From Octopus sinensis (lineage: Eukaryota): DNA of 64,000 nt. Each line of letters starts with the position of its first letter. Position 1 is the stretch's first letter. Of this stretch, positions 13,140-26,542 are shown in pieces. The notes below the pieces were generated by a model, which worked only from the letters and a program-made list of their open reading frames with translations, was not told the origin of the DNA and searched no databases. The position numbers and the translations under genes are program-made. The DNA lies in NCBI RefSeq assembly GCF_006345805.1, contig NC_043005.1, positions 2,542,001-2,606,000 on the forward strand, written 5' to 3'.

Positions 13140-13801
13140 AAATGGTGGCTGTCGGGGGTGACGGTGGGGATGGTGGGAAGGTGGTAGAGGAGGCGGCGTG
13201 TGTGTATGAGGGGGTGTCGTGATGGTAAGGATGAAGGTAGCCGCTATAGTGGTATTGGGGGTAACGGTGGCGGCGTTGGCAGCAGTGGTGATTGAAGCAA
13301 TGATAATGGTGGTGGTGGTGGTGGTGGAGGAGGAGGAAACAGTGATGGTACTGGTGATGGTGGTGGTGGCGCTAGGAGGCGGGGGTAGGGACGATGGAAA
13401 GGGAATTGGTTTCATAATTGTAAGAGGAAACATTCCAGTTAAATGAAACCTTACTAAGTGGTACGGTGACGTCACTCTTAATTAGAAGAACACCGTGACG
13501 ACGGCCATGACGATGATAATGGTTATGACCACAACCATGATGACGACGACGACGAGAGGACAACTACCACCATGACGGCGACGACGACGACGACGGCGAC
13601 GACAATGGTGATGATGATGATGATGATGATGATGATGTTGGTGTGGTAGTGGGGTGGTGGTGGTGGTGGTTGTGGTGTGGGTGGTGACATCATCGAGTAT
13701 AATTTAAAGGTAGTTATGACAACTGTTTTCATGACGACAACGATGATCAAAGCGTTGGTAATAAGTTCAGTCATAATCACCATCGTCTTCATCGTCGTTA
13801 T

Positions 13802-13842
<41 letters not shown>

Positions 13843-13975
13843 TTATCGTCACCATCGTCATTATTGTCATAATCATCATCATCATCATCCCCATCACCAT
13901 CATCATCATTAACATCATCACCGTCATCATCATCATCCCCATCACCATCATCATCATCCCCATCACCATCGCCTG
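13140..13975. repeat. Mixed trinucleotide low-complexity region (GGT/GAT, then CAT/CAG)
   Basis: Direct reading. Produces homopolymeric pseudo-ORFs. Confidence 0.85.
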
Positions 13976-14139
13976 ACACTTTTCTTTGATTTTGTTTTCG
14001 CTGGTCCTTCAGTTCATTCCTTCTTCTTCCCCTCTGCTCCTTATCAACGGTTATACAGACATTTCAAGGGAAATAGTTTTCTCTTTGATATATGGCTGTA
14101 GAATTGTGTAGGTCAGTACGAGTGTCTGAAAAATAAATA

Positions 14140-14538
14140 CATATTATTTCCACAAGTTGACTCCCATTCTCACCCAGAGACCTCAAGAGACAACAAGTTA
14201 GAAGGTCAAGTTGGTGTTGAGACAAGGGTGCCACATATTTGGTTTTGCACACGGTATTGTTCTAGAGAATGTCTGTCAAAACATAAATGAATTAGAAGTT
14301 TGTTTTAAAAGTAATTTGATTAGAAGAAATAATGTGATGTTAAGACGACATTAAAAGATATTTGTTGTTTTGTACATTTAAAAGTATTTTGACACTGTTT
14401 ACGGATTAAAATATTTTGAGGATTACATGGACAATATTTTACGTAGGATATGGGCAGTTCCCATGAGCACTATTTTTTAAATTTCTTCCATTTCCGGATT
14501 TCTTGGTATCTGAGCTACGTAGCAATCAGCCCCTTATT
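14140..14538 (-). mobile_element. R4/Dong LINE family C variant, 3' end fragment
   Basis: GADCYVAQIP...MGTAHILRKILSM* plus a 3' UTR with the GTCTCTTGAGGTCTCTGGGTGAGA motif. Confidence 0.8.
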
Positions 14539-14980
14539 GTTATTATTGAATGAGAGAGCAGTGAATGCCATCACAGTGACAGGGGTAAAATATACGAAGC
14601 CCAGTATACCCATCATGACTACCCGTCTGATAAGGGTACACTAGGCACATGCATAACCATATGTGCGCGACATGGTGATCTCATATCAAGATAAAGAGCA
14701 CATGACCATGCAGGTGGGGCCTAGTAATAATTTTCTTCTGGTCGAGTAACCCATCCCGCTCAAGAGGTCCTTGAATAAGGGTTGTTTAAGGATGTTGAAT
14801 GAAACACCCATGTTTCCAGAGGTGAATTATTCAAACCCCAAGGAATCCCTCTCAACACATGGCTATGATGCTCGCCCACTACTTCTGCTCGTGATCAGAG
14901 ATGCACATATCGTCAGCCACTAAGGGATACTTCCAATCAGTTAAGATCACAAGCCACGAGAGCCACTGCCTGGTACTGCA
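14539..14980 (-). mobile_element. SINE-like insertion with (AAT)n tail and 38-bp flanking direct repeats
   Basis: Direct repeats at 14501-14538 and 14981-15018 (2 mismatches). Non-coding 442-bp interior; the minus strand ends CTCTCTCATTCAATAATAA. Confidence 0.7.
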
Positions 14981-15013
14981 TCTTGGTATCTGAGCTACGT
15001 GGCAGTCAGCCCC

Positions 15014-15080
<67 letters not shown>

Positions 15081-15100
15081 CATCATCATCATCATCATCA

Positions 15101-15152
<52 letters not shown>

Positions 15153-15204
15153 CATCATCATCATCATCATCATCATCATTATTATTATTATTATTATTAT
15201 TATT

Positions 15205-17957
<2,753 letters not shown>

Positions 17958-18004
17958 ATTATGATTATTATTATTATTATTATTTTTATTACCATTATTA
18001 TTAT

Positions 18005-18185
18005 TGCCTTTGCACAGCTTCTAACGCTGGAGATGTACTACGGTGTCAGTTGTTCACTACCAGTGAACTAAGGTAACACCCCTTATTTTTCGAGCACCTT
18101 CCGGAGTATTCGAGCGGTTCCAAGCAATGCTGTTTTCTGCAAGTGCTCCACCCTTATTGCAGCCCCTATTTGTTCCATGTACTTT
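18005..18185 (-). mobile_element. R4/Dong family B, 3' end fragment
   Basis: Encodes VEHLQKTALLGTARILRKVLEK* plus a 3' UTR shared with 61112-61173. (TAA)n tail. Confidence 0.85.
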
Positions 18186-19349
18186 AAGACAGATATTAGT
18201 GTTTTATACATTGTTGTCAAGCTAGTTATGGGTCTATAATTTTTTGGTTCATTTGTTTCTTCATATTATTAACTAACCAAGGGGGAACCATACTAAGTTG
18301 TTGCAAAACATTGTTGTAAAGATTTGTTAGCAGTTCATGGTTCTCTGGGAAGGTCTTCAACCAGAAGTTAGGAATTTTATCCTTTCCTGGAGACTTCCAT
18401 TTGCTTGATTTCTTGAAAGCAGATCTCACATCCTCTACCTTGATACCCCTCCCCCCACTTTCACTCTTCTAAGAAGTCTAAGTCAATAGATATTCGATCA
18501 ATCCAAGGGGCCTTTTCGTTGTATGTTTTTTCTTCAGCCCATATTTTATTCCAAGATTCCTGCACTTCATCTTTTGATGGGACACACTTTGCTGTAACTG
18601 GTATTTTCCCTTTCTTCCTGTAAAAAATGTTTGGGGTTATTTTTGAATATGTTGTTGTCCTTGAAGAATCTAACGCGCTTTTCATACCTTGCTATGCGGA
18701 CAGCTTTAACACATACCTTTTGCTTGATGGTTTCTATGGTGGTTTCGATATCAAGTATGGTTTTCATATACTTTTTCTTTGATTTTCAGATTTTTGTTGG
18801 TTTGATAGTTTTGTCAAGCTTAAGGTTTTTTAAATATTCTATGTCAGACCGAAGTAGCTGAATTCTTGCCAAATGGGTTTTTTTGTGGGAATGTTGTCGT
18901 TTTCTAATCTTTTCACCACATAGAATTGTTGAGATTTTCGCGGATGCATAGTACAAGTGGTTGAGATCTGTGATATCAACATCATTAGCTGAAAATATAT
19001 CCTTAAGTGCAAAGCGGATTTTACCAATTACTTTCAGGTTTTGGTTAGAATTGCGGATTTTAGGAAGTGTATCGCGTTCATCCATTCTGGTTTCTTTAAT
19101 TTTCAGCCATTCAAGCATGATTTGATTTTTTAGATCATGTAGTTCAGTTGGATCAATTTCTGTGTGAGTTTCTTCATCTATTTGATTTTCATCTGCCTTA
19201 GTGTTTATGGTTGGTTCAGAGAGTATTTCACTTTACTTATCAGTTATATTAACTCTTTCAGTCATTATTTCATTCTCATCAGACTTGGGTTGGTCTGTAA
19301 TTATTTCCTCTGTAGTATCTTCTTGAGCTGCAGCTTCGTTCCTTTTATC

Positions 19350-19350
<1 letters not shown>
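18186..19350 (-). mobile_element. R4/Dong-like LINE, N-terminal/pre-RT part of another family
   Basis: LYYASA, RIARYEKR, WNKIW, KWKSPGKDKIPNFWLK, NYRPITSL motifs. Divergent from the family A and B copies. Confidence 0.8.
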
Positions 19351-19387
<37 letters not shown>

Positions 19388-19443
19388 TAGTTTCAGCTCA
19401 GAGCTGCGGCCATGCTGATGCACCGCCATATATATATATATAT

Positions 19444-19953
19444 TGTAGTGGTCTATGTAGCTAAATAGTTGAATGATCTCCCTTGCAAGAAGGATTAAAG
19501 AGTAACCTTTCTTTTTTAGTTTCTCGAAACATCTGTGTCATGAGACGTGATTCTTAATTATTCAAGAAGCTTAGCGTTTCTCTTGGAAGTTTCTAGAATG
19601 TCTAGCGTTCCATTAATAAAAGCAGCTTGCTAATCCAGCTCTTTGCTTCTTAGTCGATTAGACTCAGAGCCATTCACGTCATTGCTATGTCCGTCGATTT
19701 CTCTACGCCACACGACTGAAAGCCACAACTTAGCTGTTATTTCTACATTTTCTATCTCTGAACTTTCCTGCATAGATTACTTCTTTCAGCTGGATGCTAC
19801 ATATTGATTATGTATCATCATCGACCAGTGAATAAAATATATTTTTATGTAGTAAATATATAGATCTTGAATTTATTCTTTCATCTCTATATGAACTCCT
19901 ATAATAATATACACGCAGCCATATCAACACCTGTAATATATATAATCACTACA
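19444..19953. mobile_element. Probable solo LTR
   Basis: 510 bp bounded by TGTAGTG...CACTACA, with internal TAATAAAA and AATAAA. Flanks ATAT/ACGT give no clean TSD. Confidence 0.5.
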
Positions 19954-20071
19954 ACGTGTGTGTGTGTGTGTACAGATGAGTACGTAAGTGCAAAACAGGA
20001 AGGAAAAAACAGTACTCGAATACCGAGGGTGGAGTAATATGCTTTTATTAAAGCTGCAGGATTATCACAAA

Positions 20072-20111
20072 ACTGTTACTCAGAGTTTCACGTTTCCGTT
20101 CCTCGGACAGT
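20072..20111 (-). ncRNA. Degenerate minimal type I hammerhead ribozyme
   Basis: Minus strand: ACUGU-CCGAGGA-ACG GAAA CGU-GAAA-C UCUGA GUA-ACAGU. The CUGANGA core carries one U>C change. Confidence 0.65.
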
Positions 20112-20174
20112 TGTTTCACGGGAACGTGAAACTCTGAGTAACGGTCATGTGATAATTTTTCAGTTTTAATAAAA

Positions 20175-20218
<44 letters not shown>

Positions 20219-20227
20219 ATATATATA

Positions 20228-20267
<40 letters not shown>

Positions 20268-20302
20268 ATATATATATATATATATAATATATATATATAT
20301 AT

Positions 20303-20359
<57 letters not shown>

Positions 20360-20377
20360 TATACAGATAGATAGACA

Positions 20378-20525
20378 ACAGGCTTCTTTCAGTTTCCGTC
20401 TACCAAATCTTCTCACAGGCTTTGGTTGGCCCGAGGCTATAGCAGAAGAAATACATCCTGACGCCACGCAGTGGGACTGAACCCAGAACCATGTAGCTGG
20501 CAAGCAAACCCCTTACCACACAACT
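20378..20525 (-). mobile_element. tRNA-derived SINE (family S3), partial
   Basis: Reverse complement TGTGGTAAG...GGTTCAGTCCCACTGCGTGGC...GACGGAAACTGAAAGAAGCC matches 35075 and 37115. Confidence 0.75.
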
Positions 20526-20580
20526 AACTAAATAATGATATTACTTTTTAGTTTTACACACACACACACACACACACACA

Positions 20581-21703
20581 CCTATGTTGTATATGTGTGT
20601 ATGTATTTACATTATGTATGAATGTGTGTGTCTGCATGTATGTATGAGCATGCGTGTGCATTTATGCAAGCGATTGTTGCGCCTATCACCATTCCAGTTT
20701 CTCCAATACTGGGAATGGGAACACATTCCTGATACTCCATAGTGATGTCTAATATTCTGGATCAGCCAATGCAGAGTTACACGACTTTGTGGCTCGTCTC
20801 ATTGCACACAGCATCATGGCCGCTTATACCAAAGTCGATGAATGGCTGCCATTAAGACGACAGAAACGCTTCGGATGAAGGCACGAATGAACAATCGTGA
20901 TATTTACAAAAAGCATTAAACGGCAAAAGTGAAGTTCGTTGATATTGTTATAGTTAATGTAAAGGCGGTGCGATGGCAGAGCCGTTAGCAGGCCGATTCG
21001 ATTTGAACACAGAAACTCAACGGCTTGGACTAAATGCCACCGCATGATTCCATGTTTTCGATTCTCCTTTTCACAACCTTTCAAACAAAGTATCTTACTG
21101 ACTCCTTAACTTTAGCTCACACACACACACACACCACACACACACCTATGTTGTATATGTGTGTATGTATTTACATTATGTATGAATGTGTGTGCCTGCA
21201 TGTATGTATGAGCATGCGTGTGCATTTATGCAAGCGATTGTTGCGCCTATCACCATTCCAGTTTCTCCAATACTGGGAATGGGAACACATTCCTGATACT
21301 CCATAGTGATGTCTAATATTCTGGATCAGCCAATGCAGAGTTACACGACTTTGTGGCTCGTCTCATTGCACACAGCATCATGGCCGCTTATACCAAAGTC
21401 GATGAATGGCTGCCATTAAGACGACAGAAACGCTTCGGATGAAGGCACGAATGAACAATCGTGATATTTAACAAAAAGCATTAAACGGCAAAAGTGAAGT
21501 TCGTTGATATTGTTATAGTTAATGTAAAGGCGGTGCGATGGCAGAGCCGTTAGCAGGCCGATTCGATTTGAACACAGAAACTCAACGGCTTGGACTAAAT
21601 GCCACCGCATGATTCCATGTTTTCGATTCTCCTTTTCACAACCTTTCAAACAAAGTATCTTACTGACTCCTTAACTTTAGCTCACACACACACACACACA
21701 CAC
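20581..21703. repeat. Near-perfect tandem duplication, unit ~564 bp
   Basis: CCTATGTTG... starts at 20581 and 21145. Units are delimited by (CA)n. Confidence 0.95.
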
Positions 21704-22244
21704 ATGTTGCTGTTGCTGCTGTTGTTGTTGTTTAGTACCAGGTCAGACTTGGTTAAACACACCTATAATCATAAGCATTCTAGCCGTGGCCATCCTGCCT
21801 CTTTCCTTGTCTATGCAGGGAACTCAGCACCACGAACCCGTTTGTTAACACGGTGAGCTAGTTGTGATTCGAGGGAGAGTTAGCTGTTATGTCGAGTATA
21901 AAGACCTCGTATTTTACTGGTACTTACTCTATTGACCCAACAGATATAAATGCAAACGCCTAAACTTCTACCACCCCAACAACTTTCACTCATTTATACT
22001 AATTAGCAACAATTAAATATTTGTTGCACAAATGAAAAAAAAAGTCATTAAACTAGGAAAAACCACACAAATCATAATTTCACCAGATTTTTTTTTTGTT
22101 TTTTGTTTTTTCTAAAAGATTGAATTCTTTCTTTTTTCTGTTTGTTACGATCGGAAGTGATTTACAAAAGCATTCTGTATGTGTGTGTATGTGTGTGTGA
22201 GAGAGAGAGAGAGTGTGTGTGTGTATGTGTGTGTGTCTGTGAAG

Positions 22245-22560
22245 ACCAGTGGCTTAGTGGTTAAGGTATTCGATTCACAATCGTAAGGTCGTGAGTTCGA
22301 TTTCTAACAGTGCATTGTGTCCTTGAGGAAGACACTTTATTTCCAGCTGCTCAGTCCACTCAGCTGGCAAAACTGAGTAGTACCTGTAATTCAAAGGGCC
22401 AGCCGTGTCACATTCTGTGACATGCTGAGTCTCCCTGAGAACCGTGTTCTTATCTAATGTCCGGCTTTAATACTCAACAGATATATTTTGGGGTCGATTC
22501 AATCGACCAGCCCCTTCTTCCCCAAATGTCAGGCCTCCTGCCTGTAACAGAAAGGATTGT
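22245..22560 (+). mobile_element. SINE S2 5' part followed by an S1 3' tail
   Basis: TGGCTTAGTGG, GAGTTCGATT and GTGTCCTTGAGGAAGACAC, then GGGGTCGATTCAATCGAC...AGAAAGGATT. Confidence 0.7.
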
Positions 22561-22964
22561 GTGTGATTATGACGCGTCTCTTGATGTCTGTTACGCTTTG
22601 TGTCATTATGCATTCCAGTCCTTCGATCCATTGTTGCGTTGCTGTCTGTTCATTGAATTGTGAATGACTGAGTATTCCGCAGACTCTTGTGTCCTTAGCG
22701 TAAAGCTCACTCAGAATCAGTTTAATACAGTTTGTGACATGACTGGTCGTTCGAATCCCAGGCACCGTCCAGTGGGCTTCGGAACAGTTTCTGTCACTGC
22801 AACGTGTCACTCAGGCAGACGATGAGAAAAACACATCTGTCGAAGTTGTCACTCAACAGGATTGAACCTGCGACGTGAAGACTCCCGACATTCTCTATAC
22901 TAGACACAGTTTCTTTACAGGTGTTCATGTTTAGGATTCAATTTCTTGGTTTTTATAGATTGTA

Positions 22965-23475
22965 GAGTAGTGGTGGTCGTGGCGGCGGCGATAGTGGTGG
23001 TTGTCATCGTCCTCTTCGGCGGCGGTGGTGGTGGTGGTGGTGGTGGTCGTCGTCGTCCTCTTCGACGACATCGGCAGCAGTGGTGATGCTGGTGGTGGTG
23101 GTGGTGCTGGTGCTGGTGGAGGCAGCGGCAGCGGCGAACAGTGGCATTCGTAGTGGTGACAGTGACGACGATGTTGATATGGTGGCGGTGGTTGTTATGG
23201 TGATGGTAGTGGTGGTAGTAGTTGTGGTAATGATGATGATGGGGGCGGTGATAATGATAATTGTGTTCGGTCGTGGTGGAGGTGATGATTGTTGTGGTTG
23301 TGGTGGTCGTAACAGTGGTGGTAGTAGTGGTGGTGGTGGTGGTGGTGGTAAAAGTGCTGGTGGTGGAGGCGGCGGTTGTAGTGGTGGTGGTGGTTGTGGT
23401 GGTGGTGGTCGTTGTGGTGGCGGTGGTGCTTGTGGTGGTGGTGGTGCTGATAGCAGCGATGGTAGTGGTGATGCT
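22965..23475. repeat. (GGT)n-rich low-complexity tract
   Basis: Direct reading. Confidence 0.9.
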
Positions 23476-23807
23476 AAAAGTTATTGTTTCCCCCAACAAA
23501 CCGTTACAATATGCAGATGAATAGCATATCTTGAGGGAGAAGCATCTATATTGAAAGTGAGAAAAGAGCTTTCACGAGCGGGAGACATCTTTGACAAACG
23601 TTGATGACATGCTGGTGGGGTGGGGGAAGGAGTTAAGGGGCCTCGAAATTGTGTAGAACTTTCTACTGTGCTCTACATATAAACGTAGACCACGTTTATA
23701 TGACTCCAGTCGTTCTTACCGCTTTTGTTTCTGGACATAAAGCTAAGAGAATAGAGTGTCGGAAAGAATTTAGGGCAGTTCACGATAGCTGCAGCCAATA
23801 ATAATTG

Positions 23808-23868
<61 letters not shown>

Positions 23869-24094
23869 GATGATGATGTATTTCACAAGGTCCTAGGCAT
23901 TAGGCATGTGGCTAGAGTCGAACGCAACAGGGCCAACGGTTTACGAGTATTTTTATATTTATTTTATCGATTCTTCAGAGATTAACAAATGAGATGTGCT
24001 CAGTAGTGCTGATTATTATCATTATTATTATCATTATTATTATTATTTTTATTATTGTTGTTGTTGTTGTTGTTGTTGTTATTGTTATTATTAT

Positions 24095-24843
24095 TCAATA
24101 GTCTTATTTTTATCACGTGCTTTCACTTCACTACCGAGCGCAGCTGTGTGTGCCTTGGGTATGTGCTGTGATTTGTTGTGATGCTCTGATGGTTACTGTA
24201 TTGAAATTGTTTTGCGTAGGATGTGTGCAGTGCCTAGTAGTGCAATTTTCTGTGTGTTATATGTGTTTGTAAGTCCTGGTGTTTTTGTTATGTATTTGTC
24301 TGAATATTTTTTATCATGCCTAATGCACCTAATATGATAGGAATTGTTTCTGTTTTTAGATTCCACATTCTGGTTACCTCTATTTCCAGGTCTTTGTATT
24401 TTGTTAGTTTCCCCGTTTCTTTTACAGATACATTGTCATCTGTTTGGTATCGATACATCGATTAGAAGGCATTTTTCCTGGGTAATCTCTGACAACTATA
24501 TCCAGTCTATTATCCATGATTTCTCTATCTGTGAGTATTGGTATATCCCAGGGTATGGTTGCTTTCTCATTTTCTGTGACCTTTTCTGGTGTGTGTCTAT
24601 ACCATCTTTTTTCTGTTGTTATTCCATAATGTTGGCATAGCTTCCAGTGTATGTAGGTCCCAACTCTGTCGTGTCTGTGAATATATTCCTTCTTAGCCAG
24701 GACTGGGCAGCCAGAGATAATATGATTTATTGTTTCTTGTCCATCTCTACATATTCTGCAGTTATAATACTTGTATTCTTTCATTGTATTTTTGGTAGTT
24801 TCTGGTGGTAAGGCTTTGATCTTTAGCTGCAATTAAAAATCCT
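24095..24843 (-). mobile_element. R4/Dong family A, 5'-truncated (CCHC + RLE)
   Basis: CRICRDGQETINHIISGCPVLAKKEYIHRHD, family A 3' UTR, degenerate (TTA)n flanks. Confidence 0.9.
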
Positions 24844-24879
24844 ATTACTATTATTATTTCATAAAAACTCACAGCTTAT

Positions 24880-25890
24880 GTTGCTGGGTATGATGGAAAG
24901 CTGGGTAAAACAGAGACTGAGAGGTAGCATTTGGAAAATGGAATGTCTTCACGCGTTCATAGGCCGCAGACAATCGGACAGCTCGATAGGTGGAACGTCC
25001 ACTTTAGCATTTCATAGAGGATGGGAAAGTGAGACGACGTTCTTGGGGAGTCGAAGAAGATCAGATAGTCGCTCTTTTCCGGAGAACTTTCGAACCGGCA
25101 TAGATGGATAATTTCCAAAAATCTCTGACCTGACAGAGCTACTGGGTAGCTTTGCCTGTTCGGGATAAACTTTACAGGCACGGAAGTGCCGTCAGCCGAG
25201 CATGTCCGAGATGCATGCAGGACGACGAGAAAGTCCTGCATGCAGTCGTCCAGTGCCCGAGCATTGCTGTCCTCTGGGTTTATGTCGAACACCTGCTGTC
25301 GCGTGTGGGACGGATCCGGCTGTCAACTGAATCCATTGCGAAGATCACCCTGCCGCCTTCCCTTAGCCGGGAAGGAAAGGCTGTTTTTATATGTCCGGTG
25401 GCCATGGCGAAAGAGGTTGTATGGTGGACGAGATTGAGGGCGCTGAAGACAAACACTTTTCTCTTTGGCCAATCCCTTCTTCCGGTTGAACTTCTTCCGG
25501 TTTGAAAAGGAAAATAAAGGTCGAGAGGGAAGTGTTGTCTTCTAACCAGTTTGCTGAAAGGTGGATGAAAGTGGCGCGAATGGTGCGAGTGAACAGGCCT
25601 GACCTGAGCATTCACCTATAGTTGGAAAAAAGGAAAGGAAAAGTCAGGGTACCCATGGTCTTTATGGGGTTTTTTCATGAGCATCCGTCGAACGTCTTCT
25701 CCCTATTGAGGATCACACATTGTTGATTTCCGTTCTTCTTTCTTTCTTTCTTTAAAAATTTTGTTAAACTTGTTTACACGCGAAATGCTTGCAACACACA
25801 CACACACATACACACTCATTCTTTGTTTTGTCCTGACCTGTCAATAATGTTTTTCTTAATATAAACCCTTGTGGTTAATAAAGAAATTAT
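24880..25890 (+). mobile_element. L1/Tx1-clade LINE 3' end
   Basis: LPVRDKLYRHG...CPRC...EKVLHAVVQC, the C-terminal zinc knuckle typical of L1/Tx1. T-rich 3' UTR ending AATAAAG. Confidence 0.75.
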
Positions 25891-25894
25891 TATA

Positions 25895-26520
25895 TATATT
25901 TGGTTTTGCACACGGTATTGTTCTAGAGAATGACTAAGTAAATTAAAAGTTTGTTTTAAAAGTAATTTGATTAGAAGATGATTGTCTGATGTTAAGATGA
26001 CAGTAAAAGATGTTTTCTATTCTGTATATTTAAAAGTATTCTGACACTGTTTACGGATTAAGATGTTTGGGGGATTACATGGACAATATTTTACGTAGGA
26101 TATGAGCAGTTCCCATGAGCACTATTTATTGAGTTTCTTCCATTTGGGGATTTCCGGATATCTGAGCTAGGTAGCAATCAGCCCCTTTTGCTATCATTCC
26201 TAGGGCACCTATGACAACAGGTATTGTTTTAGTCTTGATTTTCCACACTTTGCCAATTTCTATTTCAAGATGGTTCAGATCCACGTCTTTGTAAATTAGC
26301 CAGTGAATATATATATATATATATATATATTGTGCTGCTCTATCATGCCTGTTGAGATACTCTGTAGGCTCAAGAAGACTGCACATGGAGACAACATGAT
26401 CAATGGTTTCATTTTATATACACGACATGTTGGGCTACTGCCGTTCTTTAATATGTTGGCCTGGTAGCACTTTATAGATAGGCATCGATCTTCGGCTGCT
26501 ATGATAAACCCTTCTTTTTC
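25895..26520 (-). mobile_element. R4/Dong family C, decayed 3' part
   Basis: EGFIIAAED, EYLNRHD, KTKTIPVVIGALGMIAKGADCYLAQ. Confidence 0.85.
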
Positions 26521-26542
26521 TGAAGGGTTTATCATAGATGTA

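Noticed and set aside
22915-23524. Thr-rich/Gly-rich mucin-like ORFs
   Set aside because: Open on both strands because of (GGT)n low complexity.
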